From the NCBI RefSeq assembly GCF_009914755.1, contig NC_060930.1: a DNA stretch of 64,000 nt; one strand, 5' to 3'. Numbering within the stretch: the first letter of the stretch is position 1; each line of letters starts with the position of its first letter. Made by a program: the position numbers and the translations under genes. This DNA is from the human T2T-CHM13v2.0 reference genome, Homo sapiens. The notes beneath the pieces are model-generated. The model ran no database searches. It saw nothing but the letters and a program-made list of their open reading frames with translations, and had not been told where the DNA came from. Positions 14,346-27,205 of the stretch are shown here, piece by piece.

Positions 14346-14481
14346 TGTGTTGAGGTTTCATGGTCGTATTTGCTGGCCTCTCAGCAGCATTCTACTGAAG
14401 ACTTAGGCAGGGCATGGAGGGGTGTTACACAGAGGGTGGTGCAGGGCAGGCTGTATAGCAGAAACCCAAAACTGCACATCA

Positions 14482-14847
<366 letters not shown>

Positions 14848-17007
14848 TCATGCTTCAACCTCTTAGGGTCATCCTTGGGAACCCCACACTCCCCTCCCTC
14901 TATTTTACAGACCACTCTGCTCTCAATGTGCATAACCAAACTCATTCAGGTCCTAAGCCAACAGAGTGGCCTCCAGTTAACGAGACACCCTGTGTCTTCT
15001 TGTCATTGTTCACGGAAAAGGCATAGTCCTGTTCGTTACTTTTCTTGCTTTCTCACATACAGAATTATACCTGTTGGGATCTTTTCGTTGGTGAATTCAG
15101 AACCTGTCTTAAAGGCCCACGGCCCAATCTGTCAGTAATGAATTTATTTATTTATGATGAAATTATAAGGACTGAGGGGGACCAGACCACTCTAGTCAAA
15201 CAGCCAGAACACTCTCTCCCTGTAGATGGGGCCAAAGCAAGCCAAATCCCAAACTCAATGCCAGTTTGTTGATTTACAGTGAGAATGACAACTGCCAATG
15301 GGACCGAGTACCATGCCTTTCTGCCATTGCATCCTCTCCCTCAGGGCCAGTGCTATGGGGGTAAAATTATAACCAAGAGCTGGTTAGGCAAAACCAGAAC
15401 CAGGATGCAAGAATCAATGAGACTTCCAAAATTTGGATTTCTTCTCAGAATCCATGAGGCTAAGTCTCCTCTCCCCCTGGACACCGCTTGGGGAGAACGT
15501 GTCCTGTCTTTGTCTCTGGACCCTTCTATCTAAGGTCCCATGGCTGGCAGGTGACAGATTCCCCTCCCCTAGTTGGTGTTCCCATTCTCACATTTCTTCT
15601 TTAGCTATTTTACTGAACATTTGATCTGATTACTTTCATGCTTGACAGGACTGGGACCCAATCTATCTCCTTGTGGTGCTTTAATTTGTCTTAATTGAGT
15701 TCATTAGGCGTTGATTTTAAAATGCAATTTTCTGAGGGCAATTTTCTCTTATTTCCAGAGTCTTGGAGGGGACTCTTCCAAGGCCCTCCAAGGGCCCTAT
15801 GTGCCATTAACAGTCAGGAAAATGGCAGAAGAAAAATGCTTAGATGAACGTAGCAGATGCTCTGTTACGAAATTTTGCCCAACTGATGCCTGATGCTGTT
15901 TCTGTAGTGCTGTTTCTTGTACCTGCTCCCAAATGGTGCACCTAACACCCCAGTGTGACCCTCCCTCTGCCCTTCATCTCCATGTACACACATGTATACA
16001 CAGCCCAGGAGAACTAGTTCTGTAGATTATGCCGTTTTAGGCAAAGCCAGATGAGTTCCCATATTCCAAAAGGAATTAGGGAAGGGCCAGAAGAGCAGAG
16101 AACACCTGTTGTTAAGTGTTCATTCGCCCCGGTGCATTTTCCTAGTGAAGGTGGTTAGGCAGGGTTCTAGGGAGAGACTGGAAGGCAGAGGTCACTGTGG
16201 AGAGTATCCTATAGACAAGATCAGAAATAGGGGAAGGGATAAGCCAGTCTCTATGTCATGCATAAACATAGGCTCAGAAAGGATATGCAAATGACTCATA
16301 CAATAGCAGAATGTGCACAGTAGCTCTGTTTCCATTCAACGTATTTTCTTTCAGAAAAAGCATCCAAAAGTTTTAAAAGGAAAGGGATAAAGAAAAATGT
16401 GAACAATGGTTAAATTTAAGCACAGGACTTAAAAATTTAAATATTCTAAGGGAAGCCTTCTAGCTTAATTGAATCCTGTACATGGGGCCTTTTCAGAAAC
16501 AGCTCACTAGATTGCTTGGGATTTCCACGCGTTTACTACCTGACTTTTGGTCATCTTGTTTAGGCTAGGGTTAATGGGACAGGTTCTCTTCCTCATTTCT
16601 CCCTCTTCTGAGTGAGCCTATTTTCCTAGGCTGTTTGGAGTTTTTGGATAATGGCATTTTATCCACTTGGTCGTTATTCCCTGGGAATGTATGAAAGGGC
16701 CAGGAGCCCTGAACATCTTTGACCATCACCTCTGTTATTTCCAGAGAGACGTGGTCATTCCAGCCTCACCTGCCGGAGGAGGTATAGTCCTGGGCCAAGG
16801 TGGGAGTGGACTGCAGTTAGCAGTGGCACCTGGACTTCACGGAACGGGTCTTAGAGGCTAGAATAAGGTGTTTTTCGATGAAGAGAGACACATGGAACTC
16901 AATCCACGGCAGGGTTTGGGTGGCTCCCTCAGCCTGGTGGCAGAGAAAATTCTCAGGTTGCTTGCTCTCATTCCTGCTTTCTGCCTTCCACCCAAGAAAG
17001 CATAGCA

Positions 17008-17496
<489 letters not shown>

Positions 17497-17518
17497 TTAT
17501 TGAAACAAACATGGATAT

Positions 17519-17929
17519 TGCCTTAGTTCTTTTTTGGTTGCTATAACAATGCCACAGGCTTGGCAATTATAAAGAAAAGAAAATTGTTTGACTTACAATT
17601 CTGGAGGCTGGGATGTTCAAGAGCATGGCACCATCATCTGTTTGGCATCTGATGAGGGCCTTCTTGTTGTATTATTTCATGGCAGAAGGTGGAATGGCAA
17701 GAGAACACTCAAAGGAGAAACAGAGAGGAAGGGGGCTGAACTTACTCTTTTATCAAAAACCTACTCCTGAGTTCACTGACCTACTCCCACAATAATGGCA
17801 TTAATCCATTCATGAAGGCAGATCCCTCGTGACCTAATCACCTCTTAAAGGTCCCGCCTCTCAACAGTGTTGCGTTGGGGATTAAGTCTCCAACACATGA
17901 ACTTTGGGGGACACCTTCAAACCATAGCA
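17519..17929 (-). mobile_element. MaLR solo LTR (MST/MLT1A-type)
   Basis: TG...CA ends, ...ccaacacatgaactttgggggacaccttcaaaccatagca; 5-bp TSD gatat/gctat. Confidence 0.85.
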
Positions 17930-18708
17930 GCTATATTGAGGAATACAATGGAAATTAAGATGAATGTTTGAGATAAGGCACAAGGTGTTAACAAAATTGT
18001 GGACTTTTGGCTAAGCTGGAGATCTCTAGGATATATAAATTCTCTCTCCTTTGCTCCAAGGATGATGACCTTGGTAGTGAATGTTGAAGGTCACAGAGCT
18101 GCTGAAGTGGTCCTGAATGGCTGTGGAGACCAAGCTTTTATTTTGGAAAGATACAGAACACCCATGGTGTTCACCATGAGCTTGTGATTTAAAAAAGAAT
18201 CTCCTGCATACTCTCAAAGCATCATGCAGATTTTGGTTTTTATCCATAATACATCCCTGTTTATTGTAATGTAAGAATAATGTTTGTAATTATCTCCTAG
18301 TGATTAAAATAGGAGGAAGATGTGCTCATTAGTCTGTGTGTCCGCCTGCCTGTTGTCAAGTAGTCAAGGGACCGGGTTCATGTCCCCAGTTGTAGAATGT
18401 GGTAAGGTCAGCTCTCTGATTCTGTTACCCTATCCCTTGCTTGCTTCCCAAGTCAAAATTTCTTTTTCTTCCAGGCGTCTGGGGTCAGGTTAGTTCTTCT
18501 TGATTGTTGGAGATAAATTTGCTAATGTTCTTCATCAACTCCAATGACTTAGTTCAGTATTTATAATCTATTTTCTGTGATTCCAAAACTAAACATTTGG
18601 GGTAGCAACGAATATACCATTCTCTACCTTCTAAGAAGAAATTATGTTTGTTTTCAAATAACTTTACTTCGCACTCATTCTACTTACATTAGAATGAAAC
18701 AGCACTTC

Positions 18709-18746
18709 CTCTACGTCCATACCACCCTGAATGCACTTGATCTCGT
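18709..18746 (+). pseudogene. Tailless 5S rRNA retropseudogene (5' 38 nt) with TSDs
   Basis: ctctacgtccataccaccctgaatgcacttgatctcgt matches 32/38 of the human 5S 5' end GTCTACGGCCATACCACCCTGAACGCGCCCGATCTCGT; flanked by the perfect direct repeat ttagaatgaaacagcacttc. Confidence 0.9.
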
Positions 18747-19408
18747 TAGAATGAAACAGCACTTCAAGTACACTTTCTGTGCTTTTCTTTAATTAAAACA
18801 ACTAAAACACTAGATGATGTTTGTTTTATAAGCAAGAGAGAGAGTAGAAGGTAAATTTTGCAGCACTTGGAAATTGTTTGACTTCTTAGGGGCAGTTACC
18901 TAAGTTGAAGCAGAATTTAGAGCTGAGTTAAAGAATTTAGTCACTGAGATAGTTGCCCAAGTTATACATGCAGACGTTGAGCTCAGAACTTCCATCACTG
19001 CCTCCCTTCCCTCAGTTTTCTCACTTTGGCCCAAGGGCTTTATCTAGTTGATCCTGGACTGGAACATTTAAAGGAGATTTTATAGAGACTTTGATTTAAT
19101 AAAAGATGAATCAACAGTAACATGAAGCAAAGTTGTCTGGCTTAGATGTATAGCTTCTTTCATGGGTCTCCAATAAAAAGGTTGGTTCCCAACAAATCTT
19201 TTATTTAGTTGGCAAGTCATGTGCCCATTTCCAGTCTTCTAGGAGGAAGAACCTCATGGTGTCAGTCAACCATCTAGTCATTAGGGTGGCTTCCTCAGAG
19301 TCACTGGTTCTCTAAAACTTGTTCCTATGTGTGTCATTCCCCAACTTTACTATTGGTAGTTGTCAAATTAAGAGAGTATTAGGTACGAATACTTGTGTTT
19401 GTGTGTAA

Positions 19409-19536
19409 GAGACAGGGTCTTGCTCTATCACCTAGGCTTGAGTGCAGTGGTGCAATCATGATTCACTGCAACCTTGAACTCCTGGCCTCAAACAATTTTC
19501 CCACGTCAGTGCCCCAACCAGCTGGGATCACAGGCA
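19409..19536 (-). mobile_element. AluJ/FRAM right-arm fragment
   Basis: gagacagggtcttgctct...gctgggatcacaggc. Confidence 0.8.
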
Positions 19537-21029
19537 GATAGTATTTTAACATTTTTATTGATATGGGAAGCTGCTTAGCTCTGTACCCCAGTTTACCTTA
19601 CAATAATAGCAATGAAGAAAAGGTGAGAAGATATAAAAGAAGACATATAGTAGGGTGAGAATTGGATTCTTAAAAATACTGCTCAGTCTGGCTACAACTC
19701 AACTATCTACGCCCAAATGTTTTCTTTGAAGATCAAGCACCTACATTACTACAATATGGGGAGGACATAATGAGAAACTTTGTGGTATAGAGCTGAGAAT
19801 GGCTCCTAAGCCTTCTAAATCACAGCCCTTAGGGCTCCCATGGGGAAGTGGAGTTCATATGCCATGATCTAGCAAGGATATCTTCCACCTGAGAAGGTCA
19901 TCCTTGGAACTGGCAGGTGCCTTCTGGATCTGTGCATGTGGTGAGGGGAAGGAGGTCAGAGGTGCTGGCTGAGTCATTCGGATTAGCCCTAGTGGTGGCA
20001 GGTGGCCTTCATGTGTGTTTCAGCTGCCAGACCTTAACAGACGTGCACATTCAGGCACATACTTCAAACGGGCAGCCTTCAAGGCAAGGGAGAGGGGCGT
20101 GGATACACTTTTATGCACTGTGGTTTTCAAAATGTTACAAGTAATACATGAATACTTTCTTCCAAGTATTCTAAAGCTCCCTCAGAGTACCTCTGTGTCA
20201 GTGGAATGCCCCCCTCTGGCTCCAGTATGGGGACTGGAGAATCGAAGATACAGAGGAAATTGAACTCCCTTGAGGCCAGTTGGGTAAGAAGGAAGTGCCA
20301 TGTTTCTTAGAAGACTTCTGGTGTTTGTAGATTTGAGAAGGGAGGTGGGAGAGGACTTAGGTGAATATTAAAACAAACACATAAACCAAATGAAGACCTC
20401 TATCTTTCCGGCATCACTAATAAAAAAAAAAAAAGGGAGAAAAAGCTGAAAGTAAAGCATAAAACCCCAGTAAACACATCAGAACTACCAAATTAGTCCT
20501 CTGCACAAACACACCTTTATATTTAGAGCTGGAACCACTTTGGGAGTGACCTTTCTCGGAGGTTGCTGGCTTGGGCGGCAGTGGGACTCTCCCAAGCGAC
20601 AAACACTCTTTAGAGCCCCCGTCCGGGACACCACTGTATACATTAGTTCATGTTTTCTTTGGCTTAAGGAATAGTGATGGCATTGCCCTTCTGTTTTTCC
20701 CCCTTTCCCAAAATGAGTGCTAATAACTTTTATATAAGGAACATTACCTGTTCGTTCAGAAGTCTGGTTACATACTCCCAGGCAGAAGTGCATCTCCCTG
20801 GAGAGGGAGACTGTGCCATTTGGAAATTATTTTAAATTACTGTTTACTGACTGTCGGCGACCATCAGAGCACAGTAGGAAACTTTGTAGGGAGAGGTGTG
20901 TCATAAAAGGCGTGACGTATCTTTTACACCCTCCTCTCAAAGCAGTGGGTGTACACAGGATAAATGCACGTTGTAGAAAAAGAAGTGTGTATGGGTGCAG
21001 AACTTTAAAACAAATATTACTAACAGCTC

Positions 21030-21250
21030 ACATGTATTGAGGGTACTTGTTCCAAACATCGTACTCTGTTCTTTAAAAGTGCTCTCTCATCGAATTTCCT
21101 CAATCCTTGAGGTAGTTGCTGTTATTCCTATTTTAGAGATAAGGAGACTGAGGTTTTAAAGAAGTTCAGTGCCTTGCCCGAAGTCACACAGCCAGCAATG
21201 GCAGAGTCCACATGTGTTGTGTCTGACTCCAAATCCCGTCTCTTGGCCAC
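21030..21250 (-). mobile_element. MIR
   Basis: attcctattttagagataaggagactgagg...ttgcccgaagtcacacagc...tctgactcc. Confidence 0.75.
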
Positions 21251-22062
21251 AAGAGGATTCTGCCTCTTTCTAACTGAGCACATATGGGGAGCTGCTTCCT
21301 AGACATTGTTTCTGTGGTGGTAAACTTTGGAGTTTCAAAAACCGAGGCACAGGGTAGACTTGAAGGAGAAACTGGAACTGTGTCATAATTTTAGGGTTTC
21401 AGACCTAGAAAAGAGTTTGGGATTATCTGGTCTTCACCTTCACTGTTTTTGCTGGAGTCTGTATGAAGTGACTTCTGAAAGTCACTAAATGAGTCAGTGG
21501 CGGAACTGGAATCGAGTCTGGACACCAGACACCACCTTTCTGCCATTTGGCCTTCATCCTTCCCATTCCCGGAGGGCACTGTCTATCATTTCTGTTACCT
21601 CTATTCATCATTTGATGTTTACTCATCTGGCCTCACTGATTATTTTCTCCAGTATTCGTATCCTATTTCTCCAACAAGATTATACACTGAGGACAGGTGC
21701 TGTGCAACTTCTTTTTCACCAAGCTCACAGTCCACTGCCTCAAACAGGTAGGCATTCAAATCCTGTGATTTTAGTGTTGCATTAGGTGTGCCATACAACT
21801 GTGCCTTTCGGGAAGCAGTGTTTCTAGACTTGGCTCTGGATCCTGAGGGTCTCCCCAAGGAGCCGAGTAGGAGGACCCATTCTTGCCCTGTGGCCCAGGC
21901 TATAGCCCAGCAAATATTTGTGGTGGGTGCCCAAGAAATCCAGTACGTTATTGAAGTGTCCCCAGTGCCAGGCAACCATGGTGCCCTCTGGGGGATGCTC
22001 AAGTTATCAGCTCCACTCTACACCTGGGTGGATTTAAGCTCTAGTAAGATTTTAATTTGTAA

Positions 22063-22380
<318 letters not shown>

Positions 22381-22984
22381 AATAGTGCACTTATTAAGAA
22401 TGATAATAAAAATGCCATTACTCTTACATAGAACATTCTCTTGGCCCAAGTGTTCTCAGGTGCACTATTTCATTTCATCTGTACTGAGCTCTCATGAGGC
22501 CATTATTCTTATTTTAGAGACAAGAAAACCAAAGTGAAGGGGGAGAGGGGTACTCAAATAGCAAAGAGACGCCATCTGAGGTCAGGAAGGGATTGATGAG
22601 AAACAGCCTTTTCCTGGTACCTCCTTGGGGCTTGCTGTGTCTTTTTGTGGTGTCTGGTGAGTGTGTTTGGGTGTGTATGGGCTTTCTTCCCTGAAACCAC
22701 AGGCCACCTTTGGGAAACCAATTTACAGCTCCGGTTCACCTCACTGTACCTTACTCCATGGGCTGTGTGGTTGAGGATGTGTTTGAGTTAAGTAGGCTCT
22801 AGATAGCACACACACTCATTTATTTCCGTGCTTCCCTCACTTCACTGTAGTGCTCATTTGTCCAGGCTTATTCTAGGGAAGCAGGAATAAATGTTCTCGC
22901 ACTTGTGTTGTGTTTCTGTGATCAGTTTAATTCTGCATCTCCTAGTGGGTGTTAGACTGTTCACCCACCACAGTGGCACCTCTA

Positions 22985-23382
<398 letters not shown>

Positions 23383-23439
23383 CTAACTTAGTAAGGGATC
23401 AATATATATTTGTTAAATGTGACACAGACAATTCTATTT

Positions 23440-23751
23440 TTATTTTATTGTTATTATTATCATTATTATTTTGAGACAGTCTCACTCTGTTGCCCAGACT
23501 GGAGTGCAGTGGTGCAGTCTCAGCTCACTGCAGTGTTGATCTCGGGGCTCAAGCCATCCTCCCCGTTCAGCCTCCCAAGTAGCTGGGACTACAGGCACCC
23601 CCTACCACACCTGGCTAATTTTTGTATTTTTTGTAGAGATGGAGTTTCAACATGTTGCCCAGGCTGGTCTCAAACTCCTGAGCTCAAGCAATCCTCCTGC
23701 CTTGGCCTCCCAAAGTGCTGGGATTACAGGCATGAGCCACTGCGCCCAGCT
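23440..23751 (-). mobile_element. Alu (AluJb-type) with (TTA)n tail
   Basis: Complete antisense dimer with J-type gctcaagcaatcctcc. Confidence 0.95.
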
Positions 23752-23889
23752 AACAACTCTTTTTTCAATCTGTACCTCTTAACGACTTCCTAGTCCACAC
23801 AGTACAGTGCATCGTGTTGCTGTCCTTTATTTGCCCTAACACTATCATTAAAGCTATGTCCATGGTTACTTCTTGTTCCCTCTTATTGA

Positions 23890-24065
23890 ATATTTAGTAT
23901 TCAGTAGCCAAGAGACTGTTTATATTCTGCTTAATCCTCACCAAATTTCTGCAAAATAAGTAGTATCGTTACTTTTATTACCACTTTACAGATAAGGAAG
24001 CCAAGGCACAGAAAGATTGAGTGATGTGCTAAAGTTCACATGGCCAGTAAATGACAAAACCCATG
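23890..24065 (-). mobile_element. MIR
   Basis: ccactttacagataaggaagccaaggcacagaaagattgagtga. Confidence 0.75.
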
Positions 24066-24325
24066 CTCGTTCATACGTACCATGCCACTGTCTCTGTCAG
24101 CTTCAAGGTGTGCTTCTTGGGGATGTGGGCTGAGGCTTAGTGAGCTCGTCTATTTTTGCTGTGTTTGTACAGATTCAGCCTCAGCAAGCACACAGCAGGC
24201 CTGGCTGTGGGAGGCAGTGTGGTTTAGAGCAAAGAGTATGATGGCCTTTAGCATTTGTTAGTCTGGCTTTGGCTTGTACTCTGTCACTCACCGCCTCACC
24301 ACATTATTTAATTGAGTCTCTCTCC

Positions 24326-26005
24326 ATTCATTCATTGTTTCATCCCCGTGTTCACTGAGTGCCTATTGAGTGTCCGGAACTATGCCCAGTGATACACTTA
24401 AATAAAAAACAGACATGGTTATCAATCAAGTGATCATAGTTCTGAGTATAATGACAAACTGAGTGAAGTTCCCTGAACGAGCAAAAGCCAGTAAGGAAGA
24501 CTGGGAGGTCTGGGAAGGTTTCCTGGAACAAATGGCGCTTGGTCAGAGGCCCCATGTCAGTGGGGGAATATGAAACTCTTGGAGAACTGAAAAGATAGGT
24601 GAGAAGTGCGAGGTCTTTCAGGCCATATTCAGGGTCTCCACCTTCTTTCCAAGAGCTGTGAGTAGTCATGAAACGGTTTTAAGCAACTGTGGTGAGGATG
24701 GTAGGGGCTGCCTTGATCACACTTGGAAGGGATGGAGTGGACACAGGGGCCCCATTTAGGAAGTTTTTAGTAGCTGGGTTGAGAAATGGTGGTGGCTTGA
24801 ATGGCAGAGGAGGTGGAGAGAAGCAAATGAACTTGAGAGAGATTCAGGGGGCAAACTGCCAACAAGACATGGCGATGGATAAGATGTGAAGGAGTGCCAG
24901 AGGGGGAGGCAAGATGCACAGGCTTCCAGCTTGCCAACCTGGAAGGGAGGGTACCTTCTTCATTGAGATAGGGAACTCTAGGAAGCCCCCCACACCAGAT
25001 TGGTGGAGGGAGATTGTAACTGGGGCATGCTCGTGTTGAGTTTGAGGTGTTTTTGAGACATCAGAGGGGGATTGTTGAATAGGCTTTGGTTGACAGAGTT
25101 CTGGAGGCTGAAAGAGAGGTGGGGTAGGGATAGGACTTGGTGCTCTGTGTGTACAAAGTAACTGAAGCAGCCCAGGCACGGTGGCACATGCCTGTAATCC
25201 CAGCACTTTGGAAGGCTGAGGCGGGCAGATTACCTGAGGTCAGAAGTTTGAGACCAGCCTGGCCAACATGGTGAAACCCTGTCTCTACTAGCAATATAAA
25301 ACAGGCCAGGTGAGGTGGCCCACGCCTGCAGTCCCAGCTACCTGGGGGGCAGGAGAATTGCTTGAACCGGGAGGCAGAGGTTGTAGTGCGCTAAGATGGC
25401 GTGACTGTACTCTAGCCTGGGTGACAGAACAAGATTCCATCTCAAAAAAAGAAAAAAGAGAAAGAAAAAAAAGTATAGATGAACTTGCCCAGGAAAGGAG
25501 TATAGAGCAGACGAGACAGCCCAGGACTGAGTTTGCAGAAGAAACTAAAAGGGAGCAGCCAGAGAGATAAGAGGAAAACCGGAGTTCTGAGAAAGGGCTT
25601 GTCAAGAGGAAAGGCAATTAACAGTTTAAAATACTGCTGCTGAGATCTCGGTAATATGAGATCCTAAAATATGAGAACTGAAACTTGGTTATTGAACTTT
25701 GCAACATGGCGGTCACTGATCATTGAGATCCATTTGGTAGAGAGATCTAGGCAAGAGTCAAATAGGAAAGGGTCAGAGTAAAAATAAGAGATAGGGAAAT
25801 GCAGACATAGGGGCAAGACAGCTTTTATGAAATCTGGCTGTGAAGGAGAGGAGAGAGAAAGGGTTTGCACTGGAGAGGATGCACAGCAAAGAAGCGTTTG
25901 TGGCATTTGTATGATTAGAGAAGGTGAGATCTGAGTGTATGTAAATACTCCCCGGGAAGGAACCAGTGGAGACAGAGGAGCTCACTCTCCAGGAGAGAGA
26001 ATGGA
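24326..26005 (-). mobile_element. L2 (~1.4 kb), interrupted by an Alu and apparently splitting a MIR
   Basis: cattcattcatt...ttcactgagtgccta L2 terminus in antisense, then purine-rich L2 body; MIR-like halves at ~24215-24325 and ~26010-26095. Confidence 0.75.
25168..25472 (+). mobile_element. Alu (AluS-type) inserted in L2
   Basis: Complete dimer with A/G-rich tail. Confidence 0.9.
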
Positions 26006-27144
26006 TGATTGAAAAGGTAAAGTGGAACTATCTTCTCCATAAGACTGTTGTGAAAATTAAATGAGATAACATGTAAAGTTATCCGGAGCAGTTGCTGTTC
26101 CTGTCCTCTATGACGCTGTATATTTTTATTGGGTCGCTTCAAAGGTTCCATTTTTCTGGGTCTGAAAAGTCTTAACTATTTTTTATTCCTCTTTGCCACT
26201 TATTTTCTTTCTATAGAAACATGCTTTCTTTTCATTTAATTAGGTCCATTTTAATAAAGGGTATAGGAGTTTACAACTCAAAACAATTCGTAAGAACTAT
26301 CAGATACGTACGATAAATCACGCCAAGGGCGCAATAACGTAAATCCAGTGGTCTGCAAATCAGAGGCATTGTAAAAATTGTTAAGATTGACTTTCATGTC
26401 TTCCCCCTCCTTTCTCTTGTTCACAGCCCGAGATTATGTACATATTGTTTTCTGAGGCCTGATGACCTCAATACTCCTTCTGGCTGGGGAGACCTCCTCA
26501 TTCAGTCCATTCCAAATAGTCAGCAGAGGGAGTTCACCTCTTCTTCATGGAATGAGCATGGTCCTTGTCCTTTATTATTTGGTTTCTGTCTCCTAGCAAA
26601 TGACATTAAAACATTTTGCAGGCCTTGTGGAATTCTGGTCACTGTTGCCCTCCAAATGCCACACATGAGCCCTCAGGATGAGCCCTACAGAGTTTCATCC
26701 TTGTAGATAGGAAGATGTGTATTTGGGAACGAGGCTAAAGCCATGGCCGATTTCCCCAACATGCTTTCTATTTCTATTTTCGTTAATCTTTTTAAGTTCA
26801 ATTTTTAAAATCATCTAAATGAATCTAAACATTCTTTAGCAATTTGCTTAAATCATCTTGTATATTATATAGAAATGTTAGATGCATTTATTTCTAGCCT
26901 GCTTACTCTGTATTTCACATAGGAACCAAAAATAGTCTTTCCTTCTTCCCAGTTTCCTTTTGTGATTGTTGACATTTTTTTACGTTTCATCATTAAATTT
27001 ATGACTTATCTTCTTGTACCTCTGCCCTTCTTATTATCTAAGTCCATCCTATCTATTTTTAAGGAATATGAAAGTATGAAAGTAATCTTCAGTACCAGTT
27101 CTTTCCAAATGAATCGACTGTCTTTTCATGGTGCTCGATGGGTC

Positions 27145-27205
27145 TGTGTGTAGGCGTCTGAGTGTGTGTAGGCGTCTGAGTGTGTGTAGGCATCTGAGTG
27201 TGTGT
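27145..27205. repeat. Minisatellite, 18-bp unit tgtgtgtaggcgtctgag x3.4
   Basis: Units at 27145, 27163 and 27181 (one substitution in the third). Confidence 0.95.

Noticed and set aside
18001-18016. cttttggctaag match to the U2 snRNA 5' end
   Set aside because: Only ~12 nt, with no extension and no TSD; compatible with chance.
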